Shown piece after piece: positions 31,032 to 40,713 of a stretch of 64,000 nt of DNA (the first letter of the stretch is position 1; each line of letters begins with the position of its first letter). A program made the translations under genes and the position numbers. The stretch covers positions 64,276-128,275 of the forward strand of contig JBGUOH010000009.1 of NCBI GenBank assembly GCA_045117995.1, in the 5' to 3' direction. Under the pieces are notes generated by a model. The model had not been told where the DNA came from, ran no database searches, and saw nothing but the letters and a program-made list of their open reading frames with translations. This DNA comes from Bacilli bacterium. GTDB lineage: Bacteria; Bacillota_I; Bacilli_A; RFN20; CAG-826.

Positions 31032-32882
31032 ATGAAGAAAAGTAAACTATCAATAACACTAGTTACTGGCTTCATTGCTGCTATGGCTTTATCTGCTTGT
31101 AGCAACGTAAAATCATCCAAAGACGCAATTGTTACTTTCTATGATTACGATAGTAAAGAAACAGTTAAGCTTCTTACAAATGATGTTTACAAAGCTTACA
31201 ACAATACCACAAGCGGTGTCTCTAAGTTCTATGACAAAATCTTAGAAGTTTTAATTCGTTACGAATTTAAAGAAAAGAACTTTAAAGAAGGCGAATTAGA
31301 GTATCAAGAAATTGAAAAATGGGCTAAAAACCAAGTCCAAGAACAAAAAGACAAAGCTAAAGAAAACGCCAAGAGCAACAATACCAGTTACGACACAGAA
31401 TGGAAAGCAATCCTCGAAAGCAACAACGTTGATGATGCTAAGGGATTACAAGAAAAATTCATTTACGAAAAAGAAAAAGAAGTTATGAAAAACTGGTACG
31501 CAGACGATGATTCCAAAGCTGCGACCTTAAAATCTGAATTCTTAGGTATTACCTCTACTGGTGCTGCCGCTTCTAACGTGAACAACGTCAAAGCTGCTAT
31601 GCCATATCACATCCGTCACATCTTAGTGAAGGTTGATGAAGCTGGTGATGCTAATGAAAAATTCTATAAAGGCACTGTTACAGAAGCTCAAGCTAAGTTA
31701 TTAGCCAACACTGTTACCGAATTAGCCAATGGACAATACAACTTCTCGCAAGTTGCTAGCATGTACTCCGAAGACGGTTCCGCCTCTGCTGGTGGTGACG
31801 TCGGTATCATGACCAACACCGCTACTTCCGGTAGCTTACAAATGGTCAATGAATTCCAATTAGGTTTATATGCCTACGATAACTTATATGACACCGCACA
31901 CGTTGCTGATGCAGACGCTGCTGAAGTCATCAAAGCTGGCTTAGGTATCACTAACGATGTCAAGAGCGCTTTACCACAAGGCGTTGTCGAAGTTCCATAT
32001 GAAGCTTTCGTTAACATGGGCAAATACGCTGCTGTTACTACCGATAAACAAGGTAATAAATTAGCAGATGGTAGCACAGCCTTATATCCACGTAACATTG
32101 TTTGGAATAAATATTTCAACTTACACAATGTCTTCGTGATTAAGAACGCTAAGAAAGCTGATTACTCCGCACCTGCTTCACCAAAAGATGAATTCGAAAA
32201 TCTTGCCAGTGATGAAAAATATGATGCGGCTTTACCAAGATTCAACGCTAACAACTACTTAGTGGATGAAAAAGGTAATGTCATTATCGGTGTTCGTAGC
32301 CAATACGGCATTCACTTCATGGTTATTGAAGAATCCATGTACAACTATGCTGAATTAGATACATACTACGATACAAAATTACCAACCGATGAAGGCTATA
32401 ACAAAAACGTTAGATCATACGTTAACTACATCGAAAGCGCTAGCTTAGATGATTACAAGAAACGTGCTGACGATGTGAAGAGCAAAATCACTTCCTTCGA
32501 CTCCACATATGACTATCGTTTATACACATACCTCAAAGACGAAGTCGGCAAAATTGAATTCAAGGGTGCCGCTGCTGATTTAGGTAAGCGTATTGACCAA
32601 TACATCAATGCTCAAAAGGATAACAACTCCTATAAGCAAGAAGATGGTTTAAAACAAGTATGGAGAACCTACACTGAATTATTAGAGGTTCAAGAATACA
32701 ACCGTACAGCAGAATACACAACCAAGAACCCTGTTACTGGTGATACATCCCCAGTCTTAACACGTCTTGTTCCTGAAAAGATTGCTGACGACTTCTTCAA
32801 GTTGTATGACACAGTTACCCCAGGTAGCGATGCAACTTACAAGAAATTTAACGAAGAAGGAGAGTACCACTATTATGCGTAA
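31032..32882 (+). CDS. Large lipoprotein with a parvulin-type (PpiC/PrsA-like) peptidyl-prolyl isomerase domain
   Basis: Start MKKSKLSITLVTGFIAAMALSAC (lipobox LSAC) with AAAGGAGAG RBS. The ORF-track upstream extension is unlikely. Central PPIase block HIRHILVKV...SMYSEDGSASAGGDVGIM. Confidence 0.7.
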   Translation: MKKSKLSITLVTGFIAAMALSACSNVKSSKDAIVTFYDYDSKETVKLLTNDVYKAYNNTTSGVSKFYDKILEVLIRYEFKEKNFKEGELEYQEIEKWAKNQVQEQKDKAKENAKSNNTSYDTEWKAILESNNVDDAKGLQEKFIYEKEKEVMKNWYADDDSKAATLKSEFLGITSTGAAASNVNNVKAAMPYHIRHILVKVDEAGDANEKFYKGTVTEAQAKLLANTVTELANGQYNFSQVASMYSEDGSASAGGDVGIMTNTATSGSLQMVNEFQLGLYAYDNLYDTAHVADADAAEVIKAGLGITNDVKSALPQGVVEVPYEAFVNMGKYAAVTTDKQGNKLADGSTALYPRNIVWNKYFNLHNVFVIKNAKKADYSAPASPKDEFENLASDEKYDAALPRFNANNYLVDEKGNVIIGVRSQYGIHFMVIEESMYNYAELDTYYDTKLPTDEGYNKNVRSYVNYIESASLDDYKKRADDVKSKITSFDSTYDYRLYTYLKDEVGKIEFKGAAADLGKRIDQYINAQKDNNSYKQEDGLKQVWRTYTELLEVQEYNRTAEYTTKNPVTGDTSPVLTRLVPEKIADDFFKLYDTVTPGSDATYKKFNEEGEYHYYA

Positions 32883-34755
32883 AAATATCTTAAAAATTTC
32901 CGCACTCGCGTTATTAAGTGCGTTCACTCTCACATCATGTAGCGATGACATCATTGCTAAACCAGCAGACTATGATAACAACTCTCCAGTTATCACAATC
33001 GAAGGTTTCAATGGTACTATCTACAACAACAACTTCACTGATATCTATGATTCCATCCGTGATGGTTCCTTAGCGCAAGATGTCTTAGACAACTTACTCT
33101 ATCAATACTCTATCAGTGTCTTCGGTAACTATAACAAAGTTACAGCCGCTAAGATCGGTGACGAAGAACATCCAAACCCATATGGTGAAATCACATTAAA
33201 AGCCGCTGTTGCTGGTTTAAACGCCGATGCCACAAGTGGTAACGATAACACCAAAAAGTTCATTAAAGAACACAGTGCTTACTGGACAAAGAATAAAGCC
33301 GGTGATCGTGTCGATGACAATAACAAAGTCGTTGATAAAGATGCTGAACCATCCAAGTCCGAATACGCACGTTTAAACAATAAGTGGAAAACAATTGAAA
33401 AACGTATTGCTGAAAAATTATATGCCGCTATCTCTGGTGGTTCATATAGTGACAGAAACATTTTCAAAGAAGAAAAGTACTTACGTGCTTTAGCCGCTGA
33501 CATTGAAAACAACGTTCGTGCTGCAAGTGCTAACCCAGACTTATTCGAAGGTATCTTAACTTCCAAAGTCGAAGACTACCAAGTCTTCACAGTTAAGACA
33601 GAATGTCTCGATGCCACAAAAGGCGAAGACTTCATTCTCCACCGTCAAAACTATCAAAGCAATGCTGACTTAAATCAAGAAGAAAGCGTTGAACAAGATG
33701 CGACATACGTCGAAGACAAGATCATCCCAGAAATCTATCGTCAACTCTTAGTTGAACAATACATCTTAGATGAATCCTACGATACATTAGGTCGTACATC
33801 CGCCAGACACATCGATGTCTTAGCTATCGCTAAGAACAGCGAATATGCTAAAGGCGCTGTCAACTTAATGAACACATTCGTTAACGATACAATCTTCGAT
33901 AGCGCTCGTACAACTGACATCACACTCGATTCCTTCAAAGTCGTTTCTAATGCTTGGGTCGGTGCCTTCATGTCTGACAAAGCCAATCACCAAGAAGAAT
34001 ACAACTTGATGAAGAAAGCTGTTCCAGAATATGAACAAACAAATGCAGTTGGCGAATACTTCCAAGGTACTGCCTATGGCGATATGATGGAAGAACTTGA
34101 AAAGATTTCCGCTAACCCAAAACTTTCTGAAAATGAAAGCACATACACAAACAGTGGCGCATACACATGGGAAACAGGTAGAGATATTAAGACTGCCGAA
34201 CTCCAATTAAAAGACTACACATCCACAGGTTGGTATGTTAAGTCCGTCGGTGTTTCCACATTACCAGATAGCCTTAAGAACCAATTATTCGACATCAACG
34301 TCGCTAACGCTCTTAACGGTGACAAGTGTGTTGAATACTCCTACGATGCCACAACACAAAAATGGGGCACAAACGAAGATGCCGGTAACACAAACCTCAT
34401 CAACGTCGTTGGTAAGGTCAAAGACCAATATTTCTTAAGAAATACAAGCAGAATCGCTGGTAACCCAGTTGAAAGTGATATCTTATTCGAAAGCGATGGC
34501 ACATACTACATTGTCTTAGTCCAAGATGCTATCAGAAGCAAAAACTTGAACAAAGCCAATTATGCTGAAGCTTCAGCCGCTGAACTCGATAAGTTAGAAA
34601 CTTACATCAACGAAATCGTTCAATTAGTCGCTGATAACGATACATATCAAAACTTATCCAAGAAACACTGGATCAAGAAGATGGACATCAAGTTCCACGA
34701 CACAGTCGTCTACGATTACTTCAAATCCACCTTCCCAGAAATCTTCGAAGACTAA
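32875..34755 (+). CDS. Large lipoprotein of unknown function (paired with the upstream PPIase lipoprotein)
   Basis: Start MRKNILKISALALLSAFTLTSCS (lipobox LTSC) with GAAGGAGAG RBS, overlapping the upstream stop by 8 nt. 626 aa, hydrophilic, no recognisable catalytic motif. Confidence 0.65.
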   Translation: MRKNILKISALALLSAFTLTSCSDDIIAKPADYDNNSPVITIEGFNGTIYNNNFTDIYDSIRDGSLAQDVLDNLLYQYSISVFGNYNKVTAAKIGDEEHPNPYGEITLKAAVAGLNADATSGNDNTKKFIKEHSAYWTKNKAGDRVDDNNKVVDKDAEPSKSEYARLNNKWKTIEKRIAEKLYAAISGGSYSDRNIFKEEKYLRALAADIENNVRAASANPDLFEGILTSKVEDYQVFTVKTECLDATKGEDFILHRQNYQSNADLNQEESVEQDATYVEDKIIPEIYRQLLVEQYILDESYDTLGRTSARHIDVLAIAKNSEYAKGAVNLMNTFVNDTIFDSARTTDITLDSFKVVSNAWVGAFMSDKANHQEEYNLMKKAVPEYEQTNAVGEYFQGTAYGDMMEELEKISANPKLSENESTYTNSGAYTWETGRDIKTAELQLKDYTSTGWYVKSVGVSTLPDSLKNQLFDINVANALNGDKCVEYSYDATTQKWGTNEDAGNTNLINVVGKVKDQYFLRNTSRIAGNPVESDILFESDGTYYIVLVQDAIRSKNLNKANYAEASAAELDKLETYINEIVQLVADNDTYQNLSKKHWIKKMDIKFHDTVVYDYFKSTFPEIFED

Positions 34756-34773
34756 TCAAAACAAAATCAATTA

Positions 34774-34797
34774 AGGAGGCTCAGTCCTCCTTTTTTG
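34774..34797 (+). terminator. Intrinsic terminator after the lipoprotein pair
   Basis: AGGAGGCUCAGUCCUCCU followed by UUUUUU. Confidence 0.75.
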
Positions 34798-34825
34798 TGC
34801 TATTATTTCCTTGAGGATAATAATT

Positions 34826-35236
34826 ATGGAAAAAGATGTATTTTGTAAAATCGTCGCAGGTGAAATACCTTGCTATAAATTATTTGAAGATGAAGACGTT
34901 TTAGCGTTCCTCGATATTTCTCAAGTCACTAAGGGCCACGCTCTTGTAATTCCTAAGGAACACTACGACACCTTCTTATCAACGCCAGAAAAGCTCATGC
35001 ACAAGGTGTTTGATGTCGCTCAACGTATTGGTCAAATCTCAATTCAGTTCTTAGGGGCTAAAGGCGTGAATATCTTAACTAACTGCTACGAAGTTGCAGG
35101 ACAAACAGTTAAGCACTTCCACGTTCATGTTATTCCACGTTATGAATCTCATGATGGTTTCGAACTTGAAATGAAGAACAATGCGGAAGGACTTAATCTT
35201 CCAGTTATCGCAGATACAATTAAAAACAACCTCTAG
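34826..35236 (+). CDS. HIT-family (histidine triad) nucleotide hydrolase
   Basis: 137 aa. Histidine triad HFHVHVIP. Start at ATG 34826 with a GAGGA RBS. The ORF track used an upstream TTG. Confidence 0.85.
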   Translation: MEKDVFCKIVAGEIPCYKLFEDEDVLAFLDISQVTKGHALVIPKEHYDTFLSTPEKLMHKVFDVAQRIGQISIQFLGAKGVNILTNCYEVAGQTVKHFHVHVIPRYESHDGFELEMKNNAEGLNLPVIADTIKNNL

Positions 35237-35242
35237 AAGGCA

Positions 35243-35286
35243 AATTAAAAGGATTGACGAACAATTTATCATCAATCCTTTTTTCT
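35243..35286. terminator. Bidirectional intrinsic terminator between the HIT gene and yhaM
   Basis: 8-bp stem AGGAUUGA/UCAAUCCU flanked by an A-run and a U-run. Confidence 0.65.
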
Positions 35287-35287
35287 T

Positions 35288-36217
35288 TTACTTATTTGGC
35301 TTATAGAATGAACGATTATCTAATGAGAAGACCTTATTAGAGAAGTTACCTGGTTCAACGTCCGCGACCGCTTTATTAACGACCACCATCTTACTATCTA
35401 AATTATCTATTAAGGATAATAAGAGAGCCTCTTTTGTTAATGGCATGACTGGCGAACCAAATTCTTGTTGTCCGTGGTGAGATAACACCATATGTTCGAG
35501 TAAGAGAGGAACTTCACTCTTAATCTTTAATTCATCCGCGGCTTTACGGAGTTCCGCGGCCATGATGGAGATATGGCCTAATAATTTACCTTCAGTAGAG
35601 TACTTATAAACAATTGGTCCTTCAAGTTCGATAATCTTACCCATATCGTGGAGTAAGCAGCCTGTAATCATTAAATCATGGTCACAGTCATAGATTGGGC
35701 ATAAGTAATTAGCGAGATCCGCCATAGAGATGGAGTGCATTAATAGACCACTACTATATTCATGATGGATAGAGACTGCAGCGGGATAGCTATAAAGCTT
35801 ATCGCCGAACTTATTAATCATGTAATTTAAGAGTTTTAAGCAATCTTCATTCTTAATAGAATTCACGTGCGCGTTAAATCTTTCTATTAATGTCTCTTTT
35901 GCGACTGGAGGAGCCTTGACAAACTTTTCGACGTCTATTTCCTCAAGAGGCACTAATTGAGCGCTTAAAATCTTTAATTGAAGCTGTTCTTTGTATTTAT
36001 TGGTTTCACCAACAACTTGAATAACGTTACCGACGATGAATAATTGTTCGTCTTCCATAGTGGCGTCCCATTTTTTACCAACGATAGAGCCACTCGCATC
36101 TCTTAATTCAACGGATAAATAAGCACCACCATTCGCGTTAACGCCTTTAGAGACATTGCCCAATAGGAATTGTCCTTCAATATGTTCGTGATCTTCAAAG
36201 CTTGCAATCATTTTCAT
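35288..36217 (-). CDS. yhaM: 3'-5' exoribonuclease YhaM (OB-fold + HD domain)
   Basis: 309 aa. N-terminal OB-fold (GAYLSVELRDASGSIVGKKWD) and HD domain (CLLHDMGK). Confidence 0.82.
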   Translation of the reverse strand: MKMIASFEDHEHIEGQFLLGNVSKGVNANGGAYLSVELRDASGSIVGKKWDATMEDEQLFIVGNVIQVVGETNKYKEQLQLKILSAQLVPLEEIDVEKFVKAPPVAKETLIERFNAHVNSIKNEDCLKLLNYMINKFGDKLYSYPAAVSIHHEYSSGLLMHSISMADLANYLCPIYDCDHDLMITGCLLHDMGKIIELEGPIVYKYSTEGKLLGHISIMAAELRKAADELKIKSEVPLLLEHMVLSHHGQQEFGSPVMPLTKEALLLSLIDNLDSKMVVVNKAVADVEPGNFSNKVFSLDNRSFYKPNK

Positions 36218-37017
36218 TATTCATAATCCTCCACATCTAATACTTTCTTGATATCTTTGTAGCTATAGCCCTTAGAGACTAAGAAGGCGTATAGCTTTTG
36301 TTTTAATTGATAGCCCTCATATTTTCTTTCATATCTTCTGAGTGCTTTTTCGTAATCCTTTTTAAGAAGGGATATTTCTTGTTTATCAGTGCCCTTCTTC
36401 ACTAATTCGCTCACTTCTTTAGCGACTTCCATGTTATAGCCTTGAGCAAGAAGTGCTTGATAGACATGTTTCTTTTTACTCATATAAGCGTAACGCTCAT
36501 ATTTCTTATCTAGTTTATCAAGAAGTGACTTCGCTTTCTTTCTTTCTAAAGAGGTAGGGAAGCTAGCCTTTTTAATTAATGGTTCTGGGATACCTTTATC
36601 TCTTAAGTGCTTAACGATTTTATTTTCCCCGAAGCATCTTTCATTATCCCAGATGATTAAGTCTTCCATAAAGGCTTTATCATCTAATAAATCATTTTCT
36701 TTTAATTTAGCGATGACATTTTTCCCCGCGGAATAGTTATCTTCTTTTTTAAGTAACTTCTCGAGCATCTCTTTTTCACTGATATGTTTCTTTGAAACAA
36801 TACTTAACGCGTAATTAAGTAATGTTGTCATCGCAGTGATTTCTTCTAGTTTAGCAATATCTTTATTATTTAAAGATTTACCAACATATAAGTAAGAAGA
36901 CACGAATGCTTCTTTAGAGATTCTTAATGGTTCACCCTTACCAAAATAGAGGGTCACATGATCCTTGAAGGTTTTAATAGATTTAATCTTTTTACTACCA
37001 GTGTTTACGGATGGCAC
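36217..37017 (-). CDS. recX: RecX-like regulatory protein
   Basis: 266 aa all-helical protein with three-helix repeat units resembling RecX (..EKEMLEKLLKK.., ..KIVKHLRDKGIPEPLI..). The call is moderate. Confidence 0.5.
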   Translation of the reverse strand: MPSVNTGSKKIKSIKTFKDHVTLYFGKGEPLRISKEAFVSSYLYVGKSLNNKDIAKLEEITAMTTLLNYALSIVSKKHISEKEMLEKLLKKEDNYSAGKNVIAKLKENDLLDDKAFMEDLIIWDNERCFGENKIVKHLRDKGIPEPLIKKASFPTSLERKKAKSLLDKLDKKYERYAYMSKKKHVYQALLAQGYNMEVAKEVSELVKKGTDKQEISLLKKDYEKALRRYERKYEGYQLKQKLYAFLVSKGYSYKDIKKVLDVEDYE

Positions 37018-38170
37018 GGTTATAAACCCTCATAATATTGTTATAGAACTTATCAATGGAATAAATATCCACGACTTTATAAGCTTCTTGAATGATTTTA
37101 TCGTGTTGTTCTTCATTCATTGAGAAGATCTTTTCCACTTGTTGGACGAATGATGCGTTATCGGTAAAGAAGAAACCGGTTTTACCATTGATAATGGTGC
37201 CTGTTAAGTTACTGTCAAAACGGGCGAGAACGATTTTGCCCGCCGCCATGGCTTCCATAAATGTTAAACCTTGGGTTTCGGTAATAGAGGCAGAAGTATA
37301 GATATCGGCGAGATGGTAATAGAATGGCACTTCTAAAGAGCCGACAAAGCCGATGAATTCCACAAGCTTGGTAATCTTTAATTCAGCGCATAATTGCTCT
37401 AATTCTTCTTTAGCAGGACCACCACCAACGATGAGTAATTTCACATCCACTTCTGGATGTTTTTTATGATATTCTGCGAAGCCTCTAATAGAGACATCCA
37501 TACTCTTTTCTTTAGCGATACGGCCTAAGAGTAAGAACACTTTGGTATTTTCTTTAATACCGTGTGTATCTTTGAATTCTTGGAGTTTTTGCATATCAAT
37601 GTTCTCTTTTTTGAAAATAGAGAAATCAATACCAGTAGGAATGACATTGATATAAATGTCACTACCTAAAGAACGCATATATTCCTTAGTCTTTTCACTA
37701 GGGGTAATAAATTCAGTCATACGGTTCGCTAAGTCTTTGGAATAAACACGAACGAAACGTTTCGCTAACCTATCCATTAAGCCATGCGTAGCGTAATATG
37801 TATAGTCTTCATATGAAGTATGGTATGTATAAACAATTGGTATTTTAAGTCTTCTTGCGACACGTCTGGCTAATACACCAATAGTAAAGTCGGTTTGGTT
37901 ATGGATGACGTCTGGCTTAAAGTTCTTAATAATCTTCATTGGTTTACTAGCGAAGATATTAGTGAATCTATAGCCATATAGTTTCTTTAAATAAATACCA
38001 GGAACATAAAGGACGTTACCGATTTGTTCTAATTTACCGTCTGTTGATCTAGGCGCCACCACTAAAACATCGTGACCGTGCGCCATTAATGAATTGGCTA
38101 AATTAAAAGTCGAGGTTGAGACCCCGTTAACGAATGGAGGATAAGTATCAGTGAAAATCGCGATGCGCAT
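36995..38170 (-). CDS. GT4-family glycosyltransferase (probable glycolipid, glycosyl-diacylglycerol, synthase)
   Basis: 391 aa. N-terminal MRIAIFTDTYPPFVNGVST and the C-terminal GT4 E-x7-E region. It resembles the glycolipid synthases of wall-less or low-GC Firmicutes. Confidence 0.7.
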   Translation of the reverse strand: MRIAIFTDTYPPFVNGVSTSTFNLANSLMAHGHDVLVVAPRSTDGKLEQIGNVLYVPGIYLKKLYGYRFTNIFASKPMKIIKNFKPDVIHNQTDFTIGVLARRVARRLKIPIVYTYHTSYEDYTYYATHGLMDRLAKRFVRVYSKDLANRMTEFITPSEKTKEYMRSLGSDIYINVIPTGIDFSIFKKENIDMQKLQEFKDTHGIKENTKVFLLLGRIAKEKSMDVSIRGFAEYHKKHPEVDVKLLIVGGGPAKEELEQLCAELKITKLVEFIGFVGSLEVPFYYHLADIYTSASITETQGLTFMEAMAAGKIVLARFDSNLTGTIINGKTGFFFTDNASFVQQVEKIFSMNEEQHDKIIQEAYKVVDIYSIDKFYNNIMRVYNRAIRKHW

Positions 38171-38172
38171 AA

Positions 38173-39615
38173 CTAATCACCATCCAAATCGTCGAGTTCA
38201 ACCTCGTCGTAATCATTTTGAGAAATATCCGCTGGGGCATTCTTATTTGAACGCGGCTTTTTCGTTGTTTTCCTCTTCCGACGCGGATCTAGTTTAGCCA
38301 TAATCGCTTCACGCGACAGCTTTGAAGTCTCCACCAGAGACGCAACTTCTTCGTAACGTTGTACGTAAGTTTCCTTTTGTAAGGAGACGAATGTTTGTCT
38401 GTTTGGAATATCTCCCATATGGGCTTCGTTCTTTGGCGCGGACCGATAGAACGCTGATACTAAACCACCAATGAGAATTGGGATAACGAATGTTGAGCTT
38501 CGCCAAATGAGAAGGGAAGCACGACATAATGTTCTACTAGCTTCAACATCAGCAGCACCATTGACCATAATGGCAAAGAAACCTTTTTCAGGAGCTTTTT
38601 CATTTAAGAATAAGTTATAGAAAACGAATTCAGAAACACCCGCACTACCTGGAATAGGAATTAAGCCAGTAATCATTTGGTGATAGTTACTTAAGAAGAT
38701 GCAATCCCAGAAACTAGCGGATGGGGATTCATTATGTAAGGCCTTACCAACAAAGTAAGGAATACAGAACTTTAAGATAATGTATGCAGTAAAGGAAACG
38801 ATAACAAGAATTAAGAAAGGAATATTAGTGCTTAAACGCCTAAATTCAATTTTGAAGTTTTCCACCTGGATACGGAGGTTCTCTCTTGTCTTATCTGGAT
38901 CTTTAACGAGTTTAATCTTATGCAATAAGGTAACAACAGGTCCCATAACGAAGTTGTGGAATCCATGCCAGTATCCCATTAAGAAGACAATAAAGATCAC
39001 ACCGACGTTAAGTAAGAAGCCGATGATTGTTAATGGCCAAATAGGAATGTTCATTGGCATTTCATTAATCTTAATACCTGTTTGAATATAACCAATGGAA
39101 ATAATGAAATCGTATTTAACAATAAAAGAAATCGTACCAAAGATAATTAAGATGGTTTGGTAAACGATAGAGTACATGGCGAGAATAGAAACCGCACTAG
39201 AGATTTGCACGCCCTGTTTCTTATATGTATAGGCTTGCATGATTTGACCACCACTAGCGCCAGGAGTAATCGCATTATAGAATTGACCAATTTGGTCAAC
39301 AGCGATCGCTTGATGGAAGTGATACTTTCTAGTAAATAAATGAGCAAAACAGAAAAGAATAAAGCTTCTTACTAAGATACAGCCTGCCATAACCGCTAAA
39401 ACAACTAATAAGAAGTTCACATCAGCGGTGCTTAAGTAATGGCCAATTTCTTTCGCGTCATCTTTAATTGCGAAGAAAATCGCTAATCCTGTAGCAATAA
39501 GGACCAAGGAAATATTAAGAACATATTTGATCGTGGATTTTTTGTTTCTGGGTTTACCAGATTCCATCATCTCTTCTTGTTCTTGAACTTTTTTCTCTAA
39601 TTCTTTGTTTGGCAT
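38173..39615 (-). CDS. Flippase-like integral membrane protein (LPG-synthase TM / UPF0104, MprF-like domain) with a basic C-terminal tail
   Basis: 480 aa with about 8 TM. A conserved GASGGQ loop. The C-terminal 70 aa are highly basic then acidic (KRKTTKKPRSNK...DYDEVELDDLDGD). Overlap with the GT4 gene suggests they are co-expressed. Confidence 0.6.
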   Translation of the reverse strand: MPNKELEKKVQEQEEMMESGKPRNKKSTIKYVLNISLVLIATGLAIFFAIKDDAKEIGHYLSTADVNFLLVVLAVMAGCILVRSFILFCFAHLFTRKYHFHQAIAVDQIGQFYNAITPGASGGQIMQAYTYKKQGVQISSAVSILAMYSIVYQTILIIFGTISFIVKYDFIISIGYIQTGIKINEMPMNIPIWPLTIIGFLLNVGVIFIVFLMGYWHGFHNFVMGPVVTLLHKIKLVKDPDKTRENLRIQVENFKIEFRRLSTNIPFLILVIVSFTAYIILKFCIPYFVGKALHNESPSASFWDCIFLSNYHQMITGLIPIPGSAGVSEFVFYNLFLNEKAPEKGFFAIMVNGAADVEASRTLCRASLLIWRSSTFVIPILIGGLVSAFYRSAPKNEAHMGDIPNRQTFVSLQKETYVQRYEEVASLVETSKLSREAIMAKLDPRRKRKTTKKPRSNKNAPADISQNDYDEVELDDLDGD

Positions 39616-39663
39616 AATTTAATAAATTATAGCACATATACGTGAATGTAAGACCTGTTTTTA

Positions 39664-39722
39664 TTCATTTCCCATTAGTTAACGAATGGGAAGAAACAAA
39701 AAACGCGCCGGAGCGCGTCGTT
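39664..39722 (-). terminator. Tandem hairpins downstream of the ABC-2 permease. The second is a GC-rich intrinsic terminator (GACGCGCUCCGGCGCGUC + U-run)
   Basis: A GC-rich 7-bp stem is conspicuous in AT-rich DNA. It is followed by UUUUUUG on the minus strand. Confidence 0.65.
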
Positions 39723-39739
39723 TGTTTGTTGTTGTTTGT

Positions 39740-40711
39740 TTATTTGATGTCTCTCTTTTGGAAGATTTTTAAGCCACCGATGTAGAACGCTATTCCAAAG
39801 AAGAGGTTCGTACCGATACATCCGAAGAATGTCGCATTATCAATTACTGCGGTGGTAATGAGTTTACCGTCCACAATAGAGTATTCGAAGTTAGCGCTAG
39901 AAATACCATATAGAGGATTGACGATCTTTAAAACATTATTGAAGTCACTAAGAAGTTTAACAGTGCCTTCATCAGCGTCCACTATTTGTTCCATGCTTGA
40001 ACTAATCGCTTCTGATGAACTAATAGCTTCGCTAGAGGAAGAGATCATAGAACTTGTTGCTTCACCACCTAAACTAGCAAGGTCAATTCCTTCTGGTGAG
40101 GCAAATGAGACTGTGATGATTGAGACTAAATAAGCCACAAGACCTAAGCCCATCACGACGATAAGGACAACTGGAATAGAAGGACCCATGTTTCTGAAAA
40201 GTGTCACAATGAAGACTGTAAACGAGACAATCGCAGAATAGGTAAGTAACGCCATGAAGAGGAACTTCAAGATATAGAGTGGAGAAATCTTCGCCATAAA
40301 GGCAAGTAAGAACGCTTCGCCATTTGGATCGAATCCACCGAAGATGCAGCCGATACCAAAGCAGGTAAGGACATAGACACCTAAGATAGCAAGTGTGAAG
40401 ATTAATCCGGATAAATATAATGATGCATAAACTTTAGCTTTAGAGTGACCCGCAATAATCTTATTTCTGATAATACCTTGAGTAAACTCAAGATAGATAA
40501 ATGAGATTAAGCAGATTGGAATTGAGATACCAAAGTTCTGTGTCACTGAGAAGGAACCTAATAACATGGATTGGCCGGTTAAGAAGCTACTTCCCAAAAT
40601 GAAGTACATTAATGATGAGAAGATGGCCATACCGAAGCCAATGATGAGAACGATTCTAAATGTGATATCTTTAGAAATCTTATAGAAGAATGCTTTTAAT
40701 AGACGTGCCAT
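39740..40711 (-). CDS. ABC-2 type exporter permease
   Basis: 323 aa, 6 TM. It is translationally coupled to the upstream ATPase. It contains an odd Ser-rich insert, SSMISSSSEAISSSEAISSSMEQ. Confidence 0.7.
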   Translation of the reverse strand: MARLLKAFFYKISKDITFRIVLIIGFGMAIFSSLMYFILGSSFLTGQSMLLGSFSVTQNFGISIPICLISFIYLEFTQGIIRNKIIAGHSKAKVYASLYLSGLIFTLAILGVYVLTCFGIGCIFGGFDPNGEAFLLAFMAKISPLYILKFLFMALLTYSAIVSFTVFIVTLFRNMGPSIPVVLIVVMGLGLVAYLVSIITVSFASPEGIDLASLGGEATSSMISSSSEAISSSEAISSSMEQIVDADEGTVKLLSDFNNVLKIVNPLYGISSANFEYSIVDGKLITTAVIDNATFFGCIGTNLFFGIAFYIGGLKIFQKRDIK

Positions 40712-40713
40712 AA

